A DNA stretch of 64,000 bases. Source: Eledone cirrhosa (taxonomy: Eukaryota). Shown in pieces: positions 1-13,588 of the stretch (position 1 is the stretch's first letter; every line of letters starts with the position of its first letter). The position numbers and the translations under genes are program-made. The stretch spans positions 246,512,001-246,576,000 of the forward strand of contig OZ024742.1 in assembly GCA_964016885.1 (NCBI GenBank), read 5' to 3'. Under the pieces are notes generated by a model. The model saw only the letters and a program-made list of their open reading frames with translations. It had not been told where the DNA came from and did not search any database.

Positions 1-203
1 TTACCCTGTGTAAAACCTTATACTATTTGTTAACCTTGAATTATATGTATGATGTAATTTTGTATATCTTTTGATGCCAATATATTATAATATTGTTATT
101 ATAATGTTATTATAATGTTTTTATATTGTTTATGCACACTGACATATTTTATTTTTATTTTTATCTTTATTCTTATTTTTATTTTTATTATATTGTATTG
201 TAA

Positions 204-261
<58 letters not shown>

Positions 262-626
262 AATAATTAATAAGTGTTAGTTTGTGTTTGTACTAATGTA
301 TATATGTATGGATATATATATATATATACATATATTAAGCCTTTTATTATCACCATCCATTATATTATATTCTATATCGTACTGTAATTCTCGCATTATA
401 TTACCATTTGTGTTTCAAGTTTTTGCATTATACAGTATTTGCAATGTGGGTTCAACATGTTACTCACTTCCTTGCTATTTGGTCTATATCTATATTTGTA
501 ACTGCTCACTCTTAATCTTAGCAAACTTTTCCTTGATATCTTTTCTAAGCTTTAATAGATGTAAACTCCCTATTCTTCTGAGTTTTTGGCTTATATTGGC
601 CGTTAGTGCTTCTTGTAGCTTTACTT

Positions 627-667
627 GCCCTGATGAGTCCTTATTAATAGGACGAAATATTGTAGGC
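627..667 (+). ncRNA. Minimal type-I hammerhead ribozyme (PLE pLTR-type)
   Basis: gcc-CTGATGA-gtcct..aggac-GAAA-tatt-GTA-ggc, immediately followed by AATAAA. Confidence 0.75.
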
Positions 668-714
668 TAATAAAGACTTTTGATGTATTGAAGGCTTCTT
701 TGTTTATTTTTATA

Positions 715-769
<55 letters not shown>

Positions 770-812
770 ATGTAATTCAAAACACACTTCGTGTGTTTTT
801 TATATATATTAT

Positions 813-894
<82 letters not shown>

Positions 895-950
895 ACACAT
901 ACATATATATGTATATATATATACATATATATATGTATATATATATATAT

Positions 951-1064
<114 letters not shown>

Positions 1065-1710
1065 GTATGAAAAATATGGGGAGAAGAATACTGCATGGTT
1101 ACACATGGATTACATATTATAAAATGAGACCCTCATCAGTGATTTGCCAACGATCATTGGTATTTCATCGCATTAAAAATCATATACCTGACGTTGGTGC
1201 GACAATAACTAAAATAAGTTATTGGGACAAGTGAAACGCGCAAAGCGAGTGAGACCAGTAAACAACACAGGGGAAAGCTAACCGAAGATGGAAAGAAAAA
1301 CAAGCAACATGGTTATTCTGTCAGCATAAACTGGGTGAATTCATGAGCATGTAAGAAACAGACCTTTCGCTAGTGAATTTGATGTGAGAAAGAAGGAAAA
1401 TCGGATTCGTAGCGAACTGGAGGAAGTGAGAAGGGGAGAAACAGAGAGTGAGTGAGTGGAAGTGCGAGGAAGAGGTCAGTAGAGAGAAAGTGTTAACTGA
1501 CATGACAGAGGGGACGAAAGAAAGTAAGAGAAACAGAGAGAACGAGGGAGCAGTAAGGGAGAAAGAGAGAAACATAGAATCGCAGTTTAGGTAAATATAT
1601 GAAAAATATGGGATGTATATATATGTATATATATATATATATATACAAGTGCGTGTGTGTGAGTGTGCATGAGCCTCAGGTGTAAGCGTTTATTTATATA
1701 TATATATATT

Positions 1711-1778
<68 letters not shown>

Positions 1779-1915
1779 TGTGTGTTTGTATGTGTAGATG
1801 AAAATGTGCGATAATATACACATATGCTTAATTTTGATTAGAAGTATATATAACAATAACACCACATGAATATATGCCTGTAAACATCTAAACTCTAAAT
1901 GAATATGCAATCAAT

Positions 1916-1958
<43 letters not shown>

Positions 1959-2194
1959 CATTCACAGAAACACACACAAGTAGACACACACATAGAAACT
2001 CAATTGATTTTTTTGATATTTTGAGCTTATAGATATTTACACATCTGAAAGCAATGTCCATTTAAACTTTATTTCTTAATGTTCTATATATTTCGACAAT
2101 TAACCGTATGGAGAATCCAGCTTACATCATATATTAGTATATCACTAACACAGAGTACTTGCGATACAATACATGCTCAGAAAACGTACACAAT

Positions 2195-2232
<38 letters not shown>

Positions 2233-2275
2233 AGGCACACACACACAAACACACGCACCCGCCACCCCACCCCAC

Positions 2276-2309
<34 letters not shown>

Positions 2310-2386
2310 ATATCTATATATATATAAATTATATATATATATATCTTGTACATAAATTATATATATATATGTTGTACACAACATCA

Positions 2387-2494
<108 letters not shown>

Positions 2495-2549
2495 CTGTAT
2501 GTTTCTTCGGTTGAGTAGGAGGTCAATTATATGTACAAACATTAAAAAA

Positions 2550-2596
2550 TGCTCCGACGACTCCAAGCCTAGGTTTGGAAGAAACAATTGTCAGCA
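2550..2596 (+). ncRNA. Hammerhead ribozyme, CCGACGA core variant
   Basis: tgct-CCGACGA-(tccaagcc/ggtttgga)-GAAAC-aatt-GTC-agca, then AATAAA; same family as 53781-53827. Confidence 0.7.
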
Positions 2597-2645
2597 AATA
2601 AATGTTTTAAACATAACTTTGATTCTTGTGCTGGCAGGAAGGTAT

Positions 2646-2688
2646 ACGATGCTGACGATAGCTAATAAGCTTGAAACTAGCACATCGT
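2646..2688 (+). ncRNA. Hammerhead ribozyme motif with mutated cleavage triplet (GCA)
   Basis: acgatg-CTGACGA-agct/agct-GAAAC-ta-GCA-catcgt; paralogue at 32872-32914. Confidence 0.65.
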
Positions 2689-2966
2689 TCCTGTGTCAGT
2701 GTTGAACAAAAAGGTGACGTGGTTGCCTAAACACTGTACGGCGTAATCCGGGCGGTTTGTTTGTTTACAAACAAACAAACCGAGCATTATATTAAATGTT
2801 CAGTAAACCGATACGTGCATATATATGTGTGTGCATGTATGTATATATATATACATACTACTGTACGTCTGTATACATATATGTATGTACGTATACATAC
2901 ATACTTACATTTAAGTAAGTGTCGTACTAAGAGTGAGAAATGAAATTTCGTTTCATTCTATTCCAT

Positions 2967-3039
<73 letters not shown>

Positions 3040-3269
3040 GGTGAACTAAATGATGACATGAACACAGATTATTAGTATGTCTATATTTGATATTACATAA
3101 AAAGATAGACAAACTACTTATTGTAATAAACATTGTTAAACTTTGATAGCGTTATTGACTTTTTGGCTTACACCTGAGGCTCATGCACACTCACACGCAC
3201 GCACTTGTGTGTGTGTATATATATATATGTGTGCGTATGTTTATATATATATGTATATATATATACATA

Positions 3270-3377
<108 letters not shown>

Positions 3378-3514
3378 GTAATATTCTGTTATTTTAATAA
3401 ATATATATATATACATATACATATATATGTATATACATATATATGTATATCTGTTTATATATATATATGTACATACACACATACATATGTACACATATAT
3501 ATATACATACGTAT

Positions 3515-3608
<94 letters not shown>

Positions 3609-3716
3609 AATTAGTCTATCTACCAACATATATATACAGATGCATACCTATGCTAGCAAATATATAGGTTTTGTCTTAGTAACTTTGTGGTTCAATGCAA
3701 GGGGATGCAGAACAAT

Positions 3717-3813
3717 TATATGAAAGATGTAAAATACGAAAATTATAAAAATTAACTTACTTACTAAAATTTTAGTAAGTAAGTTAATTTTTATAATGTT
3801 CTTATTTTACGTC

Positions 3814-3822
<9 letters not shown>
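3717..3822. repeat. Near-perfect fold-back palindrome (~53-bp arms)
   Basis: tatgaaagatgtaaaata...ttactaaaa|ttttagtaa...tattttacgtctttcata. Confidence 0.85.
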
Positions 3823-3873
<51 letters not shown>

Positions 3874-3997
3874 GTGTGTCTGTGAAACCGGAACTACGTA
3901 GATACATGGACTAATTTTGAAATAGATTTTAATGTGTATTTGCAAGTATATGTGTAAACATTATTGTAAATGTATACTAATACTTAACACTCTTTCT

Positions 3998-4029
<32 letters not shown>

Positions 4030-4169
4030 ATGCACACTCATTATATATATATATATGATTAAGAAGAAAGTAAAGTAGAGAAGGTTCGACAAGAATAGAA
4101 GAGTTTCAGTCGTCTGAAATCATAAAAATCAATGATTTCAGACGTATACATATCTATATCAATATATAT

Positions 4170-4472
4170 GTGAAGGTGCATGGCTTAGGCGTTAGATTGT
4201 CGGGCTTACAATCGTGGGGTTGTGAGTTCGATTCTCGAACCGGGCTTTGCGACACTTGCTCCAGGTCATTCAGCTGTAGAAATAAATTGCGTCGTCACTG
4301 GTACCAAGCTGTATCTGGCTATGCCATTCCCTAGCTAGGACAACATCGGTGGGGACTGGTGTTCATGGGCGACTACTGGTCTTTTACAAACTTGCCCGTA
4401 CTTGTGCCTCAGAGGGGAACTTTCTAGGTTCAAATCCCATGGTCATTCGTGGGCGAATAGAGTCTTTGCCCT
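4170..4472 (+). mobile_element. tRNA-derived SINE (OR/CORE-like), diverged
   Basis: tRNA-like head with A box tggcttaggcg and B box gagttcgattc; similar heads at 42432-42636 and 50892-51210. Confidence 0.55.
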
Positions 4473-4503
<31 letters not shown>

Positions 4504-4695
4504 CTCCTTCTTCCTCACTTTTCGTTGCTTCACCATCTTTGTTTGTTTACACTCTCATGTCCCCTTTATTTACGTGTCCCAACTCTTTTTAGCCGTTGCT
4601 CGCACCAACCGGAGGTATATGGTCTTTTAAGCGATGAAATACCAATGATGGCTGGAAGATCACTGATGAAGGATTAACTTTATTCATATATATAT

Positions 4696-4788
<93 letters not shown>

Positions 4789-4890
4789 ATAACGAAGGAA
4801 GTGTGGTAAGGAACCAGATGGACCATAACGCACCAGAGTACTCAATACTTAGGGTAGTAGAGTGGGTATTAGGAAAATGTTTAACATTTT

Positions 4891-5010
<120 letters not shown>

Positions 5011-5045
5011 TATTGAAATTTGCTTGAAGCATTGTGGAACAATAA

Positions 5046-5623
5046 GTAAATATCTTTAAGTCGTTTGGAAGCCTCGACAATGCAAATGGGTAAATCTCCG
5101 GGTAACAAGGTCCGGTGGTGGAGAGAGAGATGTAAGTGGGTGTACGTTGAGATGCGTGTTGTGTATAAGATGTGTGAGATGTGTAGAATGAAGGGAAGAG
5201 TATAAAGGATAAAATAAAAATAACAACACAAGAGAGAGTTACCTTGGGAGAGATTTAATAGTCCCTATATATTTCGGATTCACATCCATCAACTGGGGTT
5301 TTATCCGGGGTAGGGGAAAAGGTTGTCTGTCGGACAAGTCCGGAACGCGTCCTTCGCTGTTTGTTGTTTTGAATATCAGTTGATGGATGTGAATCCGAAA
5401 TATATAGGGACTATTAAATCTCTCCCAAGGTAACTCTCTCTTGTGTTGTTATTTTTATTTTATTCTTTATACTCTTCCCTTCATTCTACACATCTCACAC
5501 ATCTTATACACAACACGCATCTCAACGTACACCCACTTACATCTCTCTCTCCACTTCCGGACCTTGTTACCCGGAGATTTACCCATTTGCATTGTCGAGG
5601 CTTCCAAACGACTTAAAGATATT

Positions 5624-5626
<3 letters not shown>
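5046..5626. repeat. Inverted repeat, ~250-bp arms (5046-5295 / 5377-5626), probable PLE inverted pLTR
   Basis: Arms are near-identical reverse complements, lie between (TA)n tracts, and end at a degenerate HHR-like motif. Confidence 0.85.
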
Positions 5627-5659
<33 letters not shown>

Positions 5660-6004
5660 TTATTATTATAGCTATATGGTGAGTCTCGTTATTCAAGAGT
5701 TTTACGTATACACACACATATATATATATTGATGTGATGTGGTTCCCCAATGGGTAGACCTGGACATTCTATTTAATTAACCGTGGCTGGTACAGAAACG
5801 GAGTTTAATATTTATTTAATTTAAACACTATATATATTTCAATGGCTTGGTTACGTAAGACTCAGGCGACATCACCAGGTTCGGATTGCATAATTAGATA
5901 ATCAATAAAAGAAATTACGGCAAACACACAGAATAGAGAATATACTTGATTCGGAGGTGGCCCACGAATTCAGTGTTCTTGTTTTGGCAGACTCCAAATC
6001 GGAA

Positions 6005-6046
<42 letters not shown>

Positions 6047-6121
6047 TGTGTGTTGCGTGTGTGTGTGTATGTGTGTGTATGTGTGTGTATGTGTTGTGTG
6101 TGGGAGTGCATATCTCTCTCC

Positions 6122-6196
<75 letters not shown>

Positions 6197-6523
6197 CATA
6201 TATATGTGAGTATGTGGGTATATATGTATGGATAGAAACTTGCATATTTTACGGATGTAAAATAGATGCTTGCATGCATCTTTGTATCTATCTAGCTACA
6301 TCCATTTCTCTTCCTTTCTCATCTATCTTCATATATACTTAATGTATGCATATACGCCTCAGTACATACATACACACACATATATATATACACACACACA
6401 CTCTCTCTCTCTCACACACACGCACACACACACACATATATATATACATAATTCTTTCATTCATGCATACATACATACATACATTCACACACACGCATAC
6501 ACACACACACATACACACACACG

Positions 6524-6639
<116 letters not shown>

Positions 6640-7048
6640 TATATATCACTGCAATGATCCATATAATGGCATGTTTATTATGATAACAAAAGAAAATTAC
6701 AAAAGCAAATAAAAAAAACAGAAAAAGCAGAACATCGTAGAGAAACGCTGGTCTATCAAAAGCAGATGTTAAATAAATGGAACTGTTTAATCTACAATAA
6801 TAGTGGATTTAAATCATTGTACAACTAATTAACGTGTACAAAATGGCTGCCAAATGAAGTCTATAAAATGGACGACCGTATACACATACATAGACAGACA
6901 AGCAGTCATACATATACACACATACAATCTCTCGTTTGGTTATATTGTGCACAATGAATATATTTTGCTTATTGCCTGTTTGTTCCATACGAATTTTTAG
7001 AGATTTAACGAAAAGAAATGAACTGTTTATAGTTTTTTCTGGTAGTTG

Positions 7049-7341
7049 ATTTATTTTATGAAACTGAATAATGATAATATTATTAATAATTGTTTCTACT
7101 TTTGGCACAAGGCCAGCAATTTGAAGGGAAGCGGGGAAAGTCTATTGAATCGGCCGCAGTGCTCTATTTCATCGATTCCATAAGGATGAAAGGCAATAAT
7201 AGTTGTTTCTACTTTTAGCAAAAGGCCAGCAATTACCCAGTGCATTAAAGTACCAGTAATGCACTGGGTTTTGCTGGCCTTGTACCAAAAGTAGAAACAA
7301 TTATTAATAATATTATTATTATTCAGTTTCATAAAATAAAT
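7049..7341. repeat. Fold-back made of SINE 3' ends plus flanking DNA
   Basis: 7049-7119 is the reverse complement of 7271-7341; an inner SINE tail is also inverted. Confidence 0.75.
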
Positions 7342-7365
7342 GAGAGGCAATAATAATAATAATAA

Positions 7366-7512
7366 CTGTTTCTGATTTAGGCACGACCCCAGTGCATTAC
7401 TGGTGCTTTATTTTATCGACCCCGTAAGAATGACAGGAGAAGCTAATCTCGGCGGGATTTGAACTTAGAACGTAAAGGGATGTAACTCTATGCCACAAAG
7501 CTCTACCGATAT
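7366..7512 (-). mobile_element. OK-type tRNA-derived SINE
   Basis: Matches the family consensus seen at 36209-36400 (gttcaaatcccgccgag...gtcgataaaataa). Confidence 0.8.
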
Positions 7513-7527
7513 GGATAATCAAACCCT

Positions 7528-7568
<41 letters not shown>

Positions 7569-7599
7569 AAATAATATTAATAATAATAATAATAATAAC

Positions 7600-9875
7600 G
7601 GCATTACATTCCTGCTACCGAAGAATGATGAGACAAACAATCCCAAAAATTACAGACCTGATAACCTGCTTGACCACAATGTATAAAATTTTAACATCAG
7701 TCCTAACTGAATACACATATGACCACCTGATAACAAATGACCTATTTCCCATTGAGCAGAAAGGGTGTAAACGAGGCTCATATGGCTGTAAGGATCAGCT
7801 TCTGGTTAACAAAATGATACTGGAAGATTGTCATAATAGACACAAAAATCTATCGATTGCTTGGATAGATTATAAAAAAGCTTTCGATAGTTTGCCACAC
7901 AGTTGGATTGAAAAATGTCTAGAGATTTTCAAAATATCCCCCGTTGTCAGGAGGTTTTTGTCATCCAGTATGAAGACATGGAGAACGACACTCCTTTTGA
8001 ATAGTGAAACAAAATCACTGGAAGCTGGAGAAGTTAATATTAATTGTGGAATTTTTCAGGGTGACTCTTTATCACCGCTTTTATTCTACCATTAAGTAAA
8101 ATGCTCAATGAAACAAAACATGGATATAGAGTCTATGACAAAACCATTAATCACCTGTTCTACATGGATGACCTGAAACTATTTGCAAAAAATGATGAAC
8201 AATTGCAAGGGCTATTGTCCACTGTGAAACAGTTCAGTGATGACATTAAAATGGAGTTTGGACTGGATAAATGCGCCAAAGCAACGTTCACCAGAGGAAA
8301 GCTGCTGAAGAGTTCAGACATTAATCTTGATCGGGGGATCGTGATAAGAGAGCTTGATCAAGAAAAAACTTACAAATATCTAGGTGTTTGTGAAGGAGAC
8401 GGAATCAAGCACTCGACAATGAGGGAAAGGATAAGGAAGGAATGTTACCGCAGAGTCAGAGCAATCTTAAGAACGGAATTGAATGCAAGGAATAGGATCG
8501 ATGCCATAAACACGCTTGCCATACCAGTAGTAACCTACAGTTACAATGTCATCAACTGGTCAAGCACAGAGATCCGTAGGCTCGATACAAAAATCCGAAA
8601 ATTCTTAACCATGCACAGAATGCATCACCCTAAGGCAGACATAGATAGAATATATCTCCCTAGGAAAGAAGGAGGACGTGGGTTAATCCAGTTAGACATT
8701 GCGTTGAAAACTGCAACAATTGGATTGTCCACATATCTAAGGGAATCACATGATTGGATGATCAAACTCGTTTTGAAACATGAAAGCACCAAAAGATCAT
8801 ATTCCATTACAAAAGATGCACAAAGATACAGTAATGGACTACAAATTTCAGAAGTCCCATTTACTGCTGAAATGGAAAACACAGAAAAAGCAAAGCAGGT
8901 AAAAGTAACTGCAAAGAAAGAACTGCTACAGAAACTGGCTAAGAAATGGCAAGAAAAGCCTCTGTATGGAAAATACCCAGAGCGAGCTAACAATCCTGAT
9001 GTTGACAAAACTTTAACCCATCAGTGGTTGGCATCCTCTGGACTGAAATCGGAGACTGAAGGACTGATTATATCGGCACAAGATCAGTGTCTGCCAACAA
9101 AAAATTACCAAGCCAACATAATAAAAAATGGGTGCAGCCCATTATGCCGTGTATGCAACAAACAACCAGAGACCATTGACCATATAATTTCAATGTGCAG
9201 TCCTATAGCTCCAACCGAATACCTAAACAGGCATGACAGAGCTGCACAATACATACATTGGATAATGTGTAAGTATTTTGACCTGCCCCATCAAAAGAAT
9301 TGGTGGGAGCATCAACCACCTCCCATACTTGAAAAAGATCACATCTCAATCTTGTGGAACTTTAGCATCCAAACAGACCGAAAAATAGATGCAAATAGAC
9401 CTGATATAATATTGAAGGACTTTCAAAGGAGTTTATGCCTGCTAATTGATATGTCTGTTCCAATAGACAAGAATGTATCTATAAAAACATTTGAAAAATT
9501 GAGCAAGTATAAGGACCTGGAGATAGAAATTGGAAAAATGTGGAAATTGAGAACTAAAACAATACCAGTGGTTGTAGGCGCTCTGGGAATGATACCTAAG
9601 GGGTCTAATGATTACTTATCGCAAATCCCAGGAAACCCGCGTATAGGAGAAATACAAAAGATAGTACTAATGGGAACTGCCCATATACTAAGGAAGATCC
9701 TGTCAATATAAGTACATCACAAGCCTAGACACTAAGGATGCATGTGTGAATATGTATGTTCTTTCTTGAACATGGCGGACCTTGTTGTCTCTTGAGGTCA
9801 CTGGTTGTGACTTGGTGATAACTCGTATGAACATAAAGCAAGATAAATGCAAATAATAATAATAATAATAATAAT
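7600..9875 (+). mobile_element. 5'-truncated R4/Dong-clade non-LTR retrotransposon (RT plus restriction-like endonuclease), frameshifted
   Basis: RT motifs NYRP-ITCL, DYKKAFDS, QGDSLSP, YMDD; CxxC..H..C knuckle; RHD; RPDI..LID..KY. Frameshifts near 7660 and 8090; (TAA)n on both sides. Confidence 0.93.
8101..9711 (+). pseudogene. Dong/R4 ORF C-terminal 536 aa (RT YMDD, thumb, CCHC, RLE)
   Basis: Uninterrupted ORF; the upstream RT portion is out of frame. Confidence 0.9.
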
Positions 9876-9947
9876 ACTTTCTTTATTAACCACAAGGGTT
9901 TACATAAAGTAAGGATGAAAGGCAAAGTTAACCTCGGCTGGATTTTA

Positions 9948-11903
9948 ATGATGATAATGATTTCTTTATTAGCTACAGAGGGCTCACATTAAGGAAACAT
10001 TAAAACGATACAGGACGATACAATGTGGGTTTTTCTTTCTGTAAAATAAAATCTGTAAAAGAGGCTAAGAAAATAAACATTTAAAACAAACAATAATTTC
10101 CTGAAAGTTGAGGAGAATCTAAGGGTGACTCGTGTAGAAATCCCACAAAATCCACAGTCACCCTGTCCTCTAGGTTAATATGCCCTCTCCCAGGCTATCT
10201 ACTCCAATCTACAGGCGTATGCTCAATGCAGGCCCACTCAGTCAAACCATGCTTGCCACTCTCACCCACCTTTCAATAAACTGATTTGAAGGCAGCACTT
10301 CCCTCTCCACCCTCATTTTCATCTTCAAGTGAAATCTGAAAAAGTTAATCAAGGCTTCACCAAAGAGGAAGAAGGCTGTCTTCAACCCCTTCAAACGCGT
10401 CCACCACACGACGTCTTTCACCATGGTCACCAGGCAATACTCGGAGTCTCGACGAGTGAGTGCAGTACGGTTTCGTCTCCCTGCGCGCACCTCGGACAGG
10501 CCCGATTGACGGCACTTCCATGTCTAGCGTTTATCCCGAACTGGCAAAGCTCCTCGGTAGCACTGCAAGGTCAGGGATTTCTGGAAGTTGTCCATGAGCC
10601 TAGGCTCGAAAGCTCTCCCAAAGAGATTGGCTAGTTGATTTTCATCGTTGCCCAGAGTCTCCCCAAGGATCTCGTCGCCCTTTCCTTCCACTAACCTTCT
10701 ATAGAACGTCAAGTTGGAGTTTCCACTGTTCGCAGCCCCCGACTAGTCGAGGTCTGTGAGCGCCTGAAGACATTCCAATCTCCAAGCGCTCCCTCTCGGT
10801 CTTCGCTTGACCTAGGACTGCAGCTCCGTCAAGGAGGCGTGCTGGGGAAAAACGTGTCTAGCAAACACCGACCACACTTGTTCACTGTCAAGGAAGAGGT
10901 GGAGCTGCCGTAGCCTCAGCGCATTTCTGCGCATCATCAGCCACGGCATGCCCAACCCTCCACGTAGCGGGTGTAGACAGCAGATGGACTTCCTGACCAT
11001 TCGAGCACGTGCCTTCCACAAAAAGCGAAATGGCAGACGCTCCAGTGCAGTCAGGTTAGGCTTAGGCCAAGGCACGACGGTGAGGTGGTAGTAGATGACG
11101 GACCCGATGTTCGAGTTCGCCACCTCTGCTCGGCCTTTCAAGTATAGTTTCCTCTGGGCCCATTTCTAGGTGAGTGATGCCAACTTGAACGTTACCTCGT
11201 CGCAGTTTCTGTCCATCTGGAGGTCCGGTCCAAACCAGACTCCGAGTAATTTAACCGCTCAGTCTGTCCAGTGCTAGATGACACTGTTGGACGGCATGGA
11301 CCTGCCTCTCCAGATGCCCAGCTGCAGGTCCCCCGACTTTTCCTGGTTGATCATTGTTCCTGATACCGCTTCTTACACCCTGTGAGAGCTGCTTATCCTA
11401 TCAATGTGTTTGGTGCTTGACACCACTATGGTGACGTCGTAGGCATATGCCGACACGGATCTTCCACATGCTAGTTCGCGCAGGATGTCCCCCAATGTCT
11501 CTAATTTGTGTACAAATAGCTCAAGAGTCAATACATACAGAATGGAGGGGAGGGGAAATCTTAGCGAACCGAGCGCATGATGTTGAATGGTTCCGAAAGG
11601 TGACCACAGAGCAGATGTCGCTGTGCATTGCAGCGATCAAGCTCCTGAAAACGGGTCGAAAGCCTGCTGCTTTGAGGACGGCCGCAAGGTAGCGATGGTC
11701 AACCCTATCGAAGGCCTTTGATTGATCTAAAATTAATCAGAGCCCCACCCGTGCCAGGTTCCTTAACCACCCTCTCTATGATGTATCGCATGAGGTGGAG
11801 GTTGTCGTGGATGGACCTGTTCGGAATGGCGCAAGTTTGCGCCCATCCTACCAGATCACCGACGGCAAGCGCCAACCTCGTTGCTAATACTTTGGCCAAA
11901 ATT
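9948..11903 (-). mobile_element. Decayed 5'-truncated Tx1-clade LINE (RT to C-terminus, 3'UTR, short (ATC/ATT) tail)
   Basis: Fragments AKVLATRLALAV, QTCAIPNRSIHDNLH, KGRAEVAN, GGLGMPWL match ORF 23752-27198; many stops; ctaataaagaaa 3' end near 9960-9973. Confidence 0.92.
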
Positions 11904-12198
11904 TGTCAAGGGACTAAGTATGTCGTTAGATAGAAGGATTGATTGTATAATGTGGTCCTGAGTTTCTGGCATGCTGGAAATATAGATGGAATGGTTACGG
12001 CTGGAATGTCAGCCATCATAAAGTGGCTTGATCAGGGTTGAGATGGGACTAAACAACAACAGCAGCAACAACAGTACAAATAATAGAAACAACAACAATA
12101 AAAACATCAGTAATAACAACACTAACGACAACAATAGCGTCAGCATAACACAAACAAAAACAACAATAACAGCAGCATCAACAGCAACAGCAATAAAT

Positions 12199-12382
12199 GT
12201 TTCTACTATTGGCACAAGGCCAGAAATTACCCAGTCGATTACTGGTACTTTATTTTATTGACCCCATAAGGATGAAAGGCAAAGTTAACCTCGGCGGGAT
12301 TTGAACTCAGAATGGCAAGGGCCGTAACTCTATGCGTCAAAGCATGGCGTCTGACCCTCTACCGATACTGCAAATCCACCGC
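12199..12382 (-). mobile_element. OK-type SINE
   Basis: Full family sequence on the reverse strand. Confidence 0.85.
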
Positions 12383-13390
12383 AACAACAATAACAACTGC
12401 AACAACAATACTGACAGCAACAACATTAAGAACAACAACAAAAATATTAGCATTAGTAACACTAACACCACCTCCACCACCACCAACAACAACAATAGAA
12501 ACTGATAATAGCAACAGCAACAGAAATAATAACAACAGCAACAAGAATACATACAAGAATAACATCAACAACAACAATAGCAACAACAACAACAACAATA
12601 ATACAATCAGCAACAGCAACAACACAATCAACAACAACCGCAGCAGCACAAAACACCACCACCAACACAACCACCAACTCCACTTTCACCACCACCACCG
12701 CCACCACCACCACCACAACCAACACCACCACAATCACCACTACCACCATCACCACGACCACCACAACCACCACAAATACCACCGCCACCTCCACCACGAC
12801 GACGACCACCACGACCACCACCACGACCACCACCACGACCACCACAGCCACCACCACAAACACCACCACGACCACCACCAACAACAACAATAACACCACA
12901 ACCACCACAATCCACCACCACCACCACCCCAACCACTACCACCACGACCACGACCACTACCACGACCACTACCACCACCACCACCACCACCACCACCACC
13001 GCCACAACCACCACAACCACCACAACCAACACCACCACTACCACCGCAACTACCACCACCACCACCACCGACACAACCACAACCACCACAATCACCACAA
13101 CCAACACCACCGCTACCATCAACACCACCACCACCACGACCACCACAGCCACCACCACAAACCCCACCACCACCACCACCACCACCACAACCACAACCAC
13201 CACCACCACCACAAACACCACCACCATCACCACAACCACAACCACCACCACCACCACGACCACAACCACAACTACCACCACCACCACAAACACCACCACC
13301 ATCACCACAACCACAACTACCACCACCACCACAACCACAACCACCACGACCACCACAAACCCCACCACCACCACCACCACAACGACACTA
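12383..13390. repeat. Degenerate (AAC)n/(ACC)n trinucleotide tract
   Basis: Directly visible; source of the poly-V, poly-H and poly-T ORFs. Confidence 0.95.
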
Positions 13391-13588
13391 CCAGAGTTTC
13401 TGAGATCTAACATTTCTATGTATGAGGGTACATTATATAATATAGTCGTCAATTTAACTGCGTGTATTGAAAAAACAAACGTTAATGGTCGTGACTAGAT
13501 TTCTTTAGATTTTGCAGTTCAGGGCTGAATTATAACAATACTACCAATAGTGACACAAGTTTGTCTGGTTTTGCAACTTTAGTTTCAA

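Noticed and set aside
1125-1145. CTGATGA cores at 1133-1139 (minus) and 4663 (plus)
   Set aside because: No downstream stem II and GAAA, so not complete hammerheads
12312-13452. Poly-His/Asn/Val/Thr ORFs (also 30673-31015, 39846-40058, 41149-41454)
   Set aside because: Trinucleotide repeat tracts with no domains or splice context
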